This document shows, in pieces, positions 13,650-29,616 of a DNA stretch of 64,000 nucleotides (its first letter is position 1; each line of letters starts with the position of its first letter). The stretch is from the human T2T-CHM13v2.0 reference genome, Homo sapiens. The stretch is taken from NCBI RefSeq assembly GCF_009914755.1, contig NC_060936.1; one strand, written 5' to 3'. Under the pieces are notes generated by a model. It had not been told where the DNA came from. It worked only from the letters and a program-made list of their open reading frames with translations, and ran no database searches. A program made the position numbers and the translations under genes.

Positions 13650-15560
13650 ATGCAAGTAAATCAAGATGATTATCAAATAATAGGATTTAAATATATGAAG
13701 AATTACAATACTTGACAAAATCACATAAAAGGCAGAAAGGATAAATATAATTAATAAGGTCTTTGTATTTGAAAATAAATGATAAAGTAATAATTTAAAT
13801 TAGAAAACATGCCAAGGTGCTTTCTTTACTTATTTAAATATGACTTAATCTAAAAGTTATTCTAGCTAATAGAAAAATATATAACTAAAGATGCAATAAA
13901 AATAGAGAAATGGAAAATAATACCATAATAATAACAATAAAATATTGGTTAACACAAAAGCCAAAAAAGAAGGAAGAACATAGAGATATAGGACAACATT
14001 ATTTTTAAATATATTAATAAGTGGCATATTTAAAACCACATATATCAGTAACTACATTAAAAAGTAGTAGACTAAGTAATTTCCAAATTTATAATTGTAT
14101 TAAAAATATCTAATTTTATGCTCTTTTTGAGATACAGAGTTGAACATATTTGCACTGTAAAGCTGAATTGAAAGGATGGAAGAAATTATAGCAGACAAAT
14201 ATTAACCAAAAGAAGGCTGGAATACCTGCAATGTAATATGAAAAGTAGAATTTAATATAAGAACGATAGCTAAGATGAATAAGTGTATTTCATAATGATA
14301 AACATGTCCATCCCCAGGAAAATTTTATGAATCTAAATATGGATTCAGTTCTTAGCATGGTCTCAAAATGCATAAAACAGATGGATATTAATAAAAGGAG
14401 GAAAGAGCAAATCTCCAATTATACTCATAAATTTTCACACATATCTCTCAGTAAGGTATAGAAAAAGTAGACCAAAATATTCGTGAAGGATATAGTATAT
14501 TTGAAAAATAACATTTGCAACTTTATCTAATTGACATTGATATAATATTACATTAAAACTGGAGAATTCAACTTTCTTTGAGTGTATATGATACATTTAC
14601 CAAATTGGCCATGTGTGCTGCCATAAAGCAAATATTACTTTTGTCATAGAATTACAATAAATGAAATATGTTCTCTGATAATAGTAAGAAGATAGACATT
14701 CATAATAAAAAAATAAAATTTTTATACATTTATAAATTAAGTGACTCATTTCTAAATAATCCATGAGTCAAAAAGGAAATCACATTAAAAAAGGAGAAAG
14801 TGATTTTAAATTAAATAAAATTGCACACTAAATATAGTAGTGGATAAACCTAGGACAGTAGACAAGAAAAATATATGTTTATACTGAAAGATTTTTTAAA
14901 AACTTAAGTGAACTAAACATCTGTCAAAATGAATCATGGATAGAAATTCAAAGTAAACCAAAGAAAATAGAGAAATAGAAATAATAAAAATAGGAACAAA
15001 AATTAATGATACACAATACAAACAAAATAAAGGGAATAATACTTATTTGATAATTGAAAGAAATCTAGTAAGACTAATAAGAAAAAAGAGTAAAACAAAA
15101 AATTACACATATCAGGAATTGATAAGGACATTTCTACAAAGCCTACAGACACTTACATGATAATAATAATAGAATATTATGAGTAAATTTAAAACAATAC
15201 TTTTGAAAATTTATAACTAATTAATAAAATCCTAGAAGAAAATACCTCCTACCCAAGCAGGCATGGACACATAATGAAAGTCTGAAAACATATACATAAA
15301 CACTCACACACGTACACACACACACACACACTCACACAAATATATAAAGAAAATCTAAAAGAAAAATCTTTGCCTAAAGAAAACTCCTCTAGGCCAAAAT
15401 GAATTTACCAATTGTTTCCAAACATTTACAGAAAAAATTATCCTTTCTAATTTACAACATTAAGAATAAAAAAAGAAAATCGTATGATCATTGTGACACA
15501 TTCAGAAAAAAGCATCTGGTAAGATCAAAAGTCATTCATTCTCTAACATATTTTTTCTCA
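13650..15560 (+). mobile_element. Ancient L1M(E) ORF2 endonuclease/RT remnant
   Basis: aatattaaccaaaagaaggctgga; tttcataatgataaa; acatttaccaaattggccatgtgtgctgccataaagcaaat; ttctaaataatccatgagtcaaaaaggaaatc. Confidence 0.8.
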
Positions 15561-15689
15561 TATATATGTCATGTGTATATACATATATGTGTGTGTATAT
15601 ATGCTTAAATATATGCAAAAGACAAGTCAATAAAATAAAATACGAGTAGGGATCTCACAAAAAAGTTATCAATCTCTATGGCTGGCTAC

Positions 15690-16810
<1,121 letters not shown>

Positions 16811-16875
16811 AATAACACAGCTTGAATATTTCATTCAGTTTGTTGGGCTCTGATTCTTGACGGTAGCACAAGAAA

Positions 16876-16999
16876 CTGGGAGGTTTACATGGTGCCCAGA
16901 AAATGAAGTAAAGTATTTTTGTTCATGTCAATGTCTCTGGGAGGTTTACATGGTGCCCAGAAAATGAAGTAAAGTATTTTTGTTCATGTCAATGTCTCT
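16876..16999. repeat. Perfect 61-bp tandem duplication
   Basis: ctgggaggtttacatggtgcccagaaaatgaagtaaagtatttttgttcatgtcaatgtct at 16876 and again at 16937. Confidence 0.97.
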
Positions 17000-17233
17000 C
17001 TTTACCTTTTCTCCACCGCTAAATCTTGCAGCTCTAGAGTTTTATTATGTGTTACTTGCAACTTGTCACTAATCAGTTAAATGAACTAATAAAAAGATCT
17101 TTTCTTCTCATTACTGCTCTCAGAGCCTCATTACTTAATATCCAGCACCAGTGGCAACTAAGAGCCAATATTTTTACTCCTGACTGTAATTCTGGTTTAG
17201 GTCTAATTTTCTTTCTTACCTCTCTTCTGAGTG

Positions 17234-19893
17234 AAAAAGGACACAAAGAAAACTACAAGCCAATATCTCTGGTGAATGTTGATGCAAAAATCCTCAATGA
17301 TATACTAGAAACCGAATTCAACCATACATTAGAAAGACCATTCATCATGACCAAGTGGGATTTATCCCTGGAATGCAAGAAAGGTTCAAAATATGCAAAT
17401 CAATGGGATACATCATTTCAACAAAATGAGGGATAAAAAGCATTTCAATTGCTGCTGAAAAAGGATTTGATAAAATTCAACTTTCTTTCATGATAAAAAC
17501 ACTCAAAAAATTGGGCATAGAAGGAACATACCTTGACATAATAATAGCCATATGCAATAGACACACAGCTAGTATCATACTGAATGGGGAAAAACTGAAA
17601 GCCTTTCCTCTGTAATCTAGAACATGAAGAGAATGCCCACCAACACCGTTGTTATTCAATATAGTGCTGGAAGTCCTACCTAGAGCGATCAGACAAGAGA
17701 AAGAAATACTGGGCATCCAAATTAGAAAGGAAGAAGTCAAATTATCCTTGTTTGCAGATAATATGATTTTATATTTGTATAAACCTAAAGAATCCACAAG
17801 AAAACTGTTAGGACTGACAAACAAATTTCAGTAAGTTGCACAATACAAAATATGCAGACAATAATCAGTAGCATTACTATATGCCAACAGTAAATAATGT
17901 GAAAAAGAAATGTAAAAAAGTAATTTTATTAATAATAGTCACACATAAAAATTAGACACCTAGGAATTAACCAAAAACATGAAAGTTATCTATAATGAAA
18001 ACTATAAAAGAAATTGAAAGGAATCACAAAATGGAAAATAGTTCATGAAAGAAATTGAAGAAGACAATTAAAATGGGAACGTATTTTATGTCCATGGATT
18101 GGAAGAATCATCATTGTTAAAATGTTTATACTAACTACAGCAATGTGCAGATTCAATGCAATTCCTATCAAACTGCCAATGACATTCTTCACAGAAATAG
18201 GAAAAACAAATCTAAAATTTATACCAAACCATAAAAGACCCAGAATAGCCAAAGCTATCCTAAGCAACAAGAACAAAACTGGAGGAATCACATCATCTGA
18301 CTTCAAATTATTCTACAGAGTTATAGTAATCTAAACAGCATGGTACTGGCATAAAAACAGACACATAAAACAATGAAATAGAATAAAGAACCCAGAAAGA
18401 AATCCACACACCTACAGTGAACTCATTCTTGACTAAGGTGCCAAGAACATACACCAGTGAAAAGACAATCTCATGCTGGGAAAACTGGACATTCATATGC
18501 AGAAGAATGAAACTAGACACTTCTCTCTTGCCATATACAGAAGTCAAATCAAAATGAATTAAAAAGTTAAATCTAAGACCACAAACTGTGAAACTACTAC
18601 AAGAAAACTTTGGAGAAATCTCCAGGACATTTGTTTGATCAAAGATTTCTTGAGCAATACCCCACAAGCACAAGCAATCGAAGTACAAATGGACAAATAG
18701 GATCCTCACATCAAGTTAAAGGCTTCTGCACAGCAAAGGATACAATCAACAAAGTGAAGAGAAAGCCCAAAGAATGGGAGAAAATATTTGCAAGCTATCA
18801 TCTGACAGGAGATTAATAACCAGAACACATAAAGAGCTCAAGTTACACTATAGTAAAAAAAAAAAAAAGTCTAACAATTTGATCAAAAAATGGGCAAAAG
18901 ATTTTAATAGACATTTCTCAAAAGAAGATATGCAAATAGCAAACTGGCATATGAAAAGGTACTCAACATCATTGATCATCAGAGAAATACAAATAAAAAG
19001 TATAATGATCTATCATCTCACTCCAGTTAAAATGGCTTCTATCCAAAAGACAGGCAATAGCAAATGCTGGGGATGTGGAGAAAAGGGAACTCTTATATAC
19101 TGTTGGTGGGAATATAAGTCAGTACAACCACGATAGAGAAGAGTTTGGAGGTTCCTCAAAACACTAAAAAGTTGAGCTACCGTATGAACCAGCAATTCCA
19201 CTGCTAGGTAGATACCCCCCAAAAAGGCAATCAGTAGATTGAAGAGATATCTGCACTCCTATATTTGTTGCAATACTATTTACAATAACTAAGATTTGGA
19301 AGCAACCTAAATATCCATCGACAGATGAATGGATAAAGAAAATGTGGTACACATACACAATGGAATGCTACTAATCCATAAAAAACAATGTGATCGAGTC
19401 ATTTGCAACATGGAGGGAACTGGAGTTCACTGTGTTACATGAAATAAGCCAGGCACAGAAAGACAGACATTGCATGTTCTCACTGATTTGTGGGATCTAA
19501 AAATCAAAACGATTGAATGCATGGACAGAGAGAGTAGAAAGATGATTAACAGAAGCTGAGAAGGGTAGTGAGGGACTGAAGTCAGGTGGGGGTGGTTAAT
19601 GAGTACCAAAAAAAAAATATTTAGAAAGAATAAATAAGACCTACTATTTGATAGCACAATAGGGTGACTATAATCAATAACTTAATTGTGCATTTTAAAA
19701 TAAACTTAAAGACTGTAATTGGATTGTTTGTAACTCAAAGGACAAATGGTTGAGAGCATGGAAACTCCATTCTCCATGATGTGCTTATTTCATATTGGAT
19801 TGCCTGTGTCAAAACATCTCATATACCTCATATGTGTATATGTTTATAAACACACACTATGTACCCACAAAAATTTTTTTAAAAATTAAAGAA
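17234..19893 (+). mobile_element. L1MA1-3-type LINE, 5'-truncated, ORF2 RT to 3'UTR
   Basis: ORF fragments [37 protein letters not shown]...[26 protein letters not shown]; L1MA2-like 3'UTR (gacctactatttgatagcacaatagggtgac). Confidence 0.93.
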
Positions 19894-20111
19894 AAATATT
19901 TACCAACTAGTAGCAATTAGCATCATTTATTTCAGTTGGTGAAAAATAAAATATTTCCATAGGAATCTACTGCAAAAATATGGTTATAAATATATATAGC
20001 TAGCTTTTAGATCTGTCAAATACTGGAAATTAATTACCTCTGTGAAATAAAACAACACAGAAGCTATCAAAATAAAATTAATGGATTAGACATTTCAAAA
20101 ATTACAAATGC

Positions 20112-20404
20112 AGACAGCCCTCAACTTATAATCGTTCAACTTACAATTTATTTCCTTTCAAATGGTGTGGAAAGGGCAGATCTGCTACAATCCTGGGCTG
20201 AAGATGGCATTACATCCAGATAAACTTGTGATAAATTGAAAATATTATAAATCAAAAGTGTTTTTGATATCAACAAATAATTTTGATGTACAAATCAAAA
20301 TTGATTTTTTATTTACAAATCAGAAAACACTTTTGATTTACAATATTTCCAATTTACAAGAGGTTTATCGAAATGTAATTCCATCATTAAGTCCAGAAGC
20401 ATTG
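20112..20404 (-). mobile_element. MER47 (Tigger-derived) MITE with internal inverted copy of its terminus
   Basis: cagacagccctcaacttataatcgttcaacttacaatt and gtttatcgaaatgtaattccatcattaagtccagaagcattg resemble MER47 ends. Confidence 0.7.
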
Positions 20405-20434
20405 TTTATATTGATGCTTTTCAATCAAAGAAAG

Positions 20435-20912
20435 CAGAATCACTGCAGTTGAACCAAAAGTGAGCTTATTGGCTCACTGAAACAAGGGAGCAAGTAGAGC
20501 ATGGGATGTGGAGGTGTTGGCACACAGCTTCTCAGTGAAAGGTTTAGATACAGGCTTCTTACAGGCTTGGGCTTATATTTAGGGATTTGGAGAAGATTCA
20601 ATAAAGCATGATTTTGTTCTGAATTTTAGGAAAAGTAGAGGTGGTTACATGAGTATCTTAATAATTTTATCTAGAAGTTAGGAAGGCAGAAAAAATGTAA
20701 TTCTCAAAAAAGCAGAAGTTACTTATGTTACTGGGAGAGGAGGACATTTTGTCTGTGATTTAGACATATTATCATTTTGCCTGCACTTGAACATGATTAT
20801 GAAGAGCTGTTGTTTTGGTTTGGTCCCATCTTTGTCTCAGAGTAGCCTTGTCCATTAATTTATTGTGAAATCATCTATGTTCCATTAGAAAACACTATGG
20901 TTGTTTCTAACA
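20435..20912. mobile_element. Probable ancient LTR, family uncertain
   Basis: GC step relative to flanks and LTR-like composition; no firm consensus match recalled. Confidence 0.35.
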
Positions 20913-21117
20913 ATGAGCAGTCATTGGGGCTATTATTTTTTAAGCATAAATGTAGAAAATATAGTCACAATTTGGATGAACATGAAGGAAATTGTATTCT
21001 AATCAATAATAATACTTAGAAATGAAAAATTTTGTTTTTTGTTTCCTTCTATATACCTGCCTAAATAATTTGATAGGCTCTCTACCTATATACAAATTGA
21101 TCCTAGATAAATTCTTA

Positions 21118-21632
<515 letters not shown>

Positions 21633-22040
21633 AAAACAATTGTCTGTGAATAATAAAAAGTCTTAGCCATTATTAAAGCCACAATTGATAAGGAAATTTT
21701 GGTTACTTCTGTGGTATGCAATAATTTTACATAACAATTATAATTATTAACAACATACACTAAGTCATATCAGAATTACAGGAATTTTTCGTAATTTTGG
21801 AACACCTGCCAATAACTGTTTATACAAATACAGCCCAAAGAAAGCCAAATACTATTTCATACTTGACAATGCTTTCTGTATGATTTTTATACCAAATAGC
21901 CAAATTTCACTTTTACATTAGTATAGTATTAATGTTAAACCCAATTCTTAATAAAACCTCATAGACATATCTACCCAACTTTAATGTTTGACCACAAGAT
22001 AAGATTCTCATAAACCTTTAAACCCTTTATAATTTTTGTT
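21633..22040 (-). mobile_element. MER4-group ERV1 internal fragment
   Basis: catacactaagtcatatcagaattacagga, caaatacagcccaaagaaagccaaa, ttaatgttaaacccaattcttaataaaacc. Confidence 0.7.
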
Positions 22041-22239
22041 AACAAGCTCATTTTATAAAGCATGCTTGTGCTCACAGAAAATAGGAGGTGTCTCTAAGGC
22101 AAAATAACAACAGACACAGTGTGCTTTTACAAGTCATTGGGTGTGACAAAGTGAACTTACTATCAATATCCATTTTTTTCATTCTTCTATAGTGGTAGGA
22201 GCTCAATATATTTAATTGAGTACAAGACAAGGTGACTAT

Positions 22240-22612
22240 AACTCAGACTTATTTTGAGATAGATACAGCCATTTGACTAAGCTCAGTCAATGAACTAGAA
22301 GCAGCAGCATCATGCGGTCAAGTCTTGGAAACTTCAGGAGACATAAGACTGTGTTCCTTGCCTCTTTCTACTGTTTGCCTTCCTCTGCTGCGTAGTATGC
22401 AAGTGGAAACAGCTAAGGCCCTAAGTTAAGTCTATCTGTGGCAGATAGACAAGAGAGAAGGAGCCTGGGACTCGGACAGTGGATGGTAATGGCAGTCTTG
22501 GACTCTCTACCTGGACATTTATGTGATACAAAATAAACTCCTACCTCATTTTTAGTCACTGCTATTTTAGTTTTTCTGTTCTTCTCTTAAACCTAATAAT
22601 ACTTATTGATAC
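22240..22612 (+). mobile_element. MLT1J/K-like MaLR LTR
   Basis: gaaggagcctggg...ctacctggacatttatgtgatacaaaataaactcct...gtcactgctattttag. Confidence 0.65.
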
Positions 22613-22778
22613 AATAAATAATAAGAAAATACAATGGGCCAAGATTTCCTCAAGACAAATGATAATACTGGTACCAGGGCCTAGAAACTGAAGCCTGGGG
22701 CCTTCTTCATTTAAGTGTGTGAACCTGAGACTCTTTTATTAAGTCACAACTCTAAGAAAAAGTACTGATAGGTAGTGT

Positions 22779-23505
22779 TGAAACCGCCTTTGCAAAATTA
22801 TAACTGAGGAAATAATGACAGTGAAAGAAATCAGAATTAACTGATTCTGTCTTGCTTCTAACCTTTAAGCTGTCCTTGTTCATTCCTTGGTGTAGGTAGA
22901 ACTAACTTTGGTAAGGAATTCAGTTCATGGTTTGACTGTGAAACAAAATTGATAATAGCCCTTTCCCAAAAAGACCCCCTTCTTGCCTGGGGACCAATCT
23001 GCCTTTGCAGGACTCACAAATTAGCTACAAGATTAGAAATTACAATTTAAGGATCATGCAGCCTCTGCCTCCAAGAGTCTGAACCTCCTTAAATTGCTCC
23101 TGGGGATAACATTACTATTGTCAAACCTAAAAACAGTGCTTGGGATATTTTGCAGACCCTGCAGTCGATGGATCAGCTGACACCACCCAGCCTGGTAATC
23201 TGGCTAAACCAGTTCTGCCATCCCACCCAGGAACAGAAAACAGCAGGAAAAACTCACTTCCACCCCTGATGATTCCATCACCAACCTGACCAATCAGCAC
23301 TCCCCACTTCCCAAGCCCCTACCCGCCAAATTATCTTTAAAAACTCTGATCTCCGAATTCAGGGAGACTGATGTGAATAATAATAAAACTTCAATCTCCC
23401 ACACAGCCAGCTCTGCGCCAATTACTTTCTCCACTGCAATTCCTCTTTCTTCATAAATTGGCTCTGTCTAGGCAGCGGACAAGGTGAGCCCATTGGGCGG
23501 TTACA
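22779..23505 (+). mobile_element. LTR8A solo LTR (ERV1), complete, 4-bp TSD
   Basis: tgaaaccgcctttgcaaaattat...cccattgggcggttaca, 727 bp, TG..CA ends, TSD gtgt on both sides. Confidence 0.92.
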
Positions 23506-23841
23506 GTGTCACCTGGCTCATATGAGTAAATGCTATATTCAGTAGAAGGAACTGGCCTCTGCTTCATCCATCTGGGATATTGTTTATTATTATTATTTTG
23601 TTGTTGTTGTTAAGAGGAGAAGTATTTTTACAGTGTCTTTATATCAGATAAGGAGACTTAAGATCCACATTTTTTTGGAAAGGCACCATTATTTTCTTGG
23701 AAGATCACTATAAATTAACTATTGTACTTACTGCTTTGCATATTAGCCTACCCCCACTACTATATTAACTTTAAAAGTTTATTTTCTGTGATAAAAGGTG
23801 CAGGATGTACAATAGTTAATTTATAGTGAAAAGACAAACCT

Positions 23842-23990
23842 GAATTCAGGTTTTCATATTTGCAAGTTTGGATTCTCAAGTTATTCAGCTTCTAGGAAGA
23901 GGTGAATATGAATTAGGCTAATATGAATTAATAGAATTAATAGAATTCAGGTTTTCATATTTGCAAGTTTGGGTCCTCAAGTTATTCAGC
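23842..23990. repeat. 48-bp direct repeat (2 mismatches) with 53-bp spacer
   Basis: gaattcaggttttcatatttgcaagtttgg..ctcaagttattcagc at 23842-23889 and 23943-23990. Confidence 0.92.
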
Positions 23991-26066
23991 ATATAAGAAA
24001 AATAAAACTTCCTAGAAGTGTTCTGGACCTGGGAAGGATGATGAGGAATGTGATGTGGAAAGGAAGGCAGAGAAATTGAAAGTTGGTTTTTATTCAACAC
24101 TTACTTTGTCAATCACTCAGGTATTAACACACTACAGTAAACATAAAAAGACATGAGAGATACTAAGAAAACAGAGATAGTAAAAATTGCACATTTGGGA
24201 CTGAAACCAAGGGTCACATATGCCTGGACATTAAGAGACACCTTGACCAGTATCCTTCCCCATCATTCCATTATCTCTGACTTTCTACACATTGACCTTT
24301 CCTACTTTCTATACACAGACCTCATCCTATGTTTATTGTGGAAAAATCTCTTATCCCAGAAAATAAATTTTTAAAGTTAGTATAGCTCCAGATAAATGTG
24401 TTATGTAAACAAGGCTGATGGTACAGTATTTAGTTCAAAGAGAGTATAGATCAATATTTATATTATTTATTCAATGGGCCACAGATTAATATTAGAAACA
24501 TATTTATGATTTTGTGCCAAGAAAATATTTCATTATATCATTTATAAAACCAAATAGAAAAACTGTTTCAAAACACTTAGAAATGATAAAGAGATATAAT
24601 AACAAAAACAGTTTAGTAATAACATATTGTAAATTTTATTATGTTTCATTAATCTAGCCCACTAATCATTTTTACATATACACCAAAAGTTTAATCATTG
24701 TAGCTTTATATTTGTGAAGTCTGGTAATATATATTTTTTAATTTTCTAGTTATTTTCTTCTGTTTATTCTTTCACATGAATGTAACATTGTTTTGCCCAG
24801 TTAAAATTTTTTTAACATTTATTGTTATATTATTGTATATATTTAGATGAAAAGAGAGAGGAGAGAGAAATGTCTACAACATTATTGAATCTCCCATATA
24901 TAAATACTCTTTATTTACTTCTATGTACTTTCATAACTTATGTAGCATGTACCAATAAGACATAAACATCTGGTTATGTTTACTTTTTAAAATTTAAGTT
25001 TCAGGTTACATTTTATTGGTAAATTTCTGGTTATATTTAACTTTTTAATTTTAAGGATATGTGAATATCATTTTATAGTCTCTATTCTGCATTTCACTTT
25101 TATTAAATTGTTTTCACTATCCCAAGTAGATGATTATCTAAGATAATTATTTATTTCTCTATTTCCTATGAATAATGCGTATTTCATTATTCCGTAACAT
25201 TTTATATGCTTCATTCTTTTTTCATTCTTGCTAGAGTTATACATTTGGATATATGACTCTTGGCTCTACTTAAGATTATTTTAACATTTGATTTCCCTTC
25301 TCAGATCTACAGCTAAAAAGAGAGTGGATATGCTTTGCTCTACATGTAGTTTTCATTTATACCACATATTCATGTAGTGAACACTCTTGTACCCTAGTGG
25401 GATCTTTTAACTTAAAGCCTAGTTTTCAGATATGTTTTCCTATTAAAGAATCTGGAATATAAGTCCACCTGCACTGGTATCAGGAGTGAAATAATTTCTG
25501 AGCCTACATACTTTGAATTACTGACAGTAAAGACACTCTCCCGGTGGCAAGTCTCAGTGGCCTCTTTTTCCTCTTTTCTATCATATCTCTTTTCTTCTCT
25601 CTGACTGGGCAAATATGGGGAAAGACGGTTTTAGATGTATTTTTAAATACTATAACCAGAAAAAAATTTCCAGTAAAGAGCGTCTAAGAATCTTGGGGCA
25701 TGAGGATATTAAGTGAGGGAGGAAAAGTTTTTTCTTTTTTTTTTTTTCAGGAAGTTAACTAAGAATTTTCAGAAATGTATACCATGAAACAAAGGGAATT
25801 CTTTAGAGAAGCTAGTAGGCCCTAAGGCCAACTTTTGCCCTTAAGCCAGGAAGCTTTGGTGACAAGAGGGACAGGAAAAAATGCCCAGAACCTCTGCAAG
25901 CAGGAAGTCAGAGCTTAGATTTCTCATAAAAAAAGTCCATTTTTCTCAGCAAGTGAATGAGGAAATAACCCACTATGTACAGGCAGCATGGTGATGGGAA
26001 ACCATGTCTGTCTCAGCCTTAGCTCGAGAGTAGAAGTACAAAAACACAAAACGAAAAGCACTGCTA

Positions 26067-26400
<334 letters not shown>

Positions 26401-26570
26401 TCATAATCACCCACCTAAAGAATCTGCTGAAAATGTATTTTAAGGTAGTCCCTAATTCGTAGTCAGCAAGACCTTTAACAGAGTGAGAGAAAAGTCCTGT
26501 CTGGAGAAATGCACATTACAACTGGGACTCAAAGAATTACCACAAGCAAAGGTTTAAATATCACAGGCTC

Positions 26571-26573
26571 AAA

Positions 26574-26616
<43 letters not shown>

Positions 26617-26618
26617 AT
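26571..26618. repeat. (TAAA)n tetranucleotide microsatellite
   Basis: About 11-12 uninterrupted TAAA units. Confidence 0.95.
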
Positions 26619-26775
26619 ATCAGGGTGCGATTCCTACCCTTAGAAGTAATGAAAAGCAAAGGATATAACTATCACTTTAGACTATACGTTATAATGTGTG
26701 AGACAGAGGACTTGAATTATGATATATTTAGGTTTCTTTATTTTTTATTTTTTGAAGATTTTAAAAAATGTATTG

Positions 26776-26983
26776 ACCGGACTGGCCGACATGATGAAAC
26801 CCCGTCTCTACTAAAAATACAAAAATTAGCTGGGCGTGGTGGCACATGCCTGTAATCCCAGCTACTCCGGAGGCTGAGGCAGGAGAATCACTTGAGCCCA
26901 GGAGGCGGAGGTTTCAGTGAACCGAGATCGTGCCACTGCACTCTAGCCTAGGCGACAGAGAAAGACTTGCCTCACAAAAAAAA
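26776..26983 (+). mobile_element. AluS lacking most of the left arm
   Basis: ctggccgacatgatgaaaccccgtctctactaaaaatacaaaaattagc...; atgtatt flanks both sides. Confidence 0.9.
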
Positions 26984-26992
26984 TATGTATTC

Positions 26993-27200
26993 CTTAATGA
27001 GAAATAAAAATTGTACATATTTATGGTGCATTACATGATGTTTTTATATCTGTATACATTGTGGAATGGCTAAATCAAGCTAATTAACATATACATTACT
27101 TCATATTATTTTGTGTGTGTGATGAGAACACTTAAAATCTACTCTAGCAATTTTCAAGTATACAATCAATATATTGTTATTAACTGTAATATTTATGCTG
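26993..27200 (-). mobile_element. L1MA9-like 3' end
   Basis: aattgtacatatttatggtg...gtatacattgtggaatggctaaatcaagctaattaacatat...gagaacacttaaaatctactct. Confidence 0.85.
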
Positions 27201-27524
27201 CTTAATGTCATAAATACATTATTTTACAGCAGGTTTTGTATATTTTGTACAATATGAAATGTAATATTCAATAACACTCATTTATTTCTCTTTTGTTAAT
27301 GTTTAGTTCACTACCCAAAAAAATCTGTAGAGCTATTTTCTCCACAACAGTCCCTCCGTGAGCAGTACTAATTTTGGGTGATATTCATCCCTTTATGATG
27401 GATGATTTTTTTTCTTAATATCTACCAAATGTACATCTGCCAGTAGAAACAGAAGGCTTTGAGAAGGTGACATAGATGATCTTTAGCACCTGTTGCAGCT
27501 TCATACCATAAAATAAATTATGGA

Positions 27525-27784
27525 GGCTAGGCGTGGTGGCTCATGCCTGTGGGTGGATCACGAGGTCAGGAGTTTGAGATCAGCCTGGCCAAGATGGTGA
27601 AACGCTGTTGGTATTAAAAATCCAAAAATTAGCCTGGCGTGGTGGCAGGCATCTGTAATCCCAGCTACTCGGGAGGCTGTGGCAGGAGAATCTCTTGAAC
27701 CCCTGGAGGCAGAGGTTGCAGTGAGCCGAGATCACGCCACTGCACTCTAGCCTGGGTGACAGAGCAAGACTCCGTCTCAAAAAA

Positions 27785-27820
<36 letters not shown>
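27525..27820 (+). mobile_element. AluSg-like with internal left-arm deletion, (TAAA)n tail
   Basis: gcctgt joined to gggtggatcacgaggtc; TSD aaataaattatgga. Confidence 0.93.
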
Positions 27821-27827
<7 letters not shown>

Positions 27828-27961
27828 ATTATGGAAACATGTTTGTTTAAAACCACAAAAAATCAGTATAATTTTGTAGTAAGCTTTAATCTATACTTTT
27901 ACAGGATGAACTGCTCACAGACATTATTTTTAAGGACAAATATATAGTAGAATACATCTAA

Positions 27962-28111
<150 letters not shown>

Positions 28112-29059
28112 TAAGTGTAAACATAATAAACAAAACATTTCAAATGGTAATTACTTTATAGAATACTAGGAGTAATAGGCAATGGCACCCAAATATGAAT
28201 TGTTTCAAAATAAAATCTGTGGCATTAATTTCAAAATATTCAGATTACATGTATGCATTCACAGACAATACATTATCAGGCATATCTAAAAGATAATCTA
28301 AATTTTGAAAGCTTAAAAATGAAAATATACTATGAAACATTTTGTCAATGCCCAATTTTCTCACAGAAATAAGTATAAGAAAGAAGCATGTTCATATTTC
28401 TTTCTCATTCACATTAAACTGCATTTAACATTGCTCTGTGCATGTCCATTACAAATTATATACAAACTTTTTTTTCAAATTCCTACTAATAATTCATTGA
28501 TTCAGATGAACTTTTATCAAAGAACAACAAAGATTTGTGATGTGGGGACTCCCTCTGGCCTTGGATATTTAGATTTCTCCACTCCTTTCCATTCTGTTTA
28601 ATTCTTATCCGTAGGTGCTCATTGTTTTAAGCATATTTTTCCAACATACCACATAAGTAATAAATACAAAAATTGACCATTTTCATACTTTTGGAGGTTG
28701 AATGAAGGTCCTTGGACATTTTTTGAGCAGAAACTTTTGGATTGTGAGGGTAGCTACACTGACAGCAGTTCAGTTAGCAACTGCTAAATTCAGTTAAAAG
28801 TGATGTAATTATTTGTTTGATGTTAATGTTTCACCTAGAGAATTTGAAACAACATTCAAAAAGCTTTTTTAACTTTATTTCTTTGTGATAAGACTTTTAT
28901 CACAGTCAATAGTTCTTTAAAAATGCATTATAATAGACTTTACATTATTTATAGTAAAAACCTAGAAATACTGAAGATAATTAAAAATATGGCTTAATAA
29001 TTTGAAAATAATATTTGTATTTTAAATATATTGTTATGCTAAAAAGGTAGCATTTTTTA

Positions 29060-29139
29060 TTAGGTTGGTACAAAAGTAATTGTGGTTTCTGTCACTGAAA
29101 GTAATGGCAGAAACCTCAATTTCTTTTGCACCAACCTCA
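29060..29139. mobile_element. MADE1 mariner MITE
   Basis: ttaggttggtacaaaagtaattg...cttttgcaccaacctca, 80 bp palindromic, TA TSD. Confidence 0.95.
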
Positions 29140-29616
29140 TAGTTTCTAGTACATTCCTTGCTGAATTAAAGAAAATTATTTAAATGAATGAATATTTAGA
29201 ACATATTTGTGTCTGAAACTCTAGAAATTTACACTCATTTAAACAAGTAATGAGGAATAAAACATAACATTTCCTTTTTTTATCTACAGAATTATTTATT
29301 TTTTCTTCTCACCTCCTTCCTAGATTACTCATTCTTTAAGGCCTGATCTTTCCCTTAACATGGAAACATTAGATGCGTTTTCTTGTCGGTTAATAGTTTC
29401 CTCATTTTTGTTTTTAACACTTAAAATGCATTTCTTTGAAGAGTTAATCATGAATTTATTATAATTGTACCTACTTGACTACTTTGTTGCTAGGTTTTAA
29501 GGTTCTAGATATCAAAACAATTGTAATTCAGCTTTATGTACTAAATGTAAAATTAGATGATGAGACTGACTGGATGAATGAATGAATGACTAGATAGTGA
29601 ACAAGTAAAGGAAGTA

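Noticed and set aside
17047-19657. Cluster of RT-like ORFs
   Set aside because: Frameshifted fragments of a dead L1MA ORF2.
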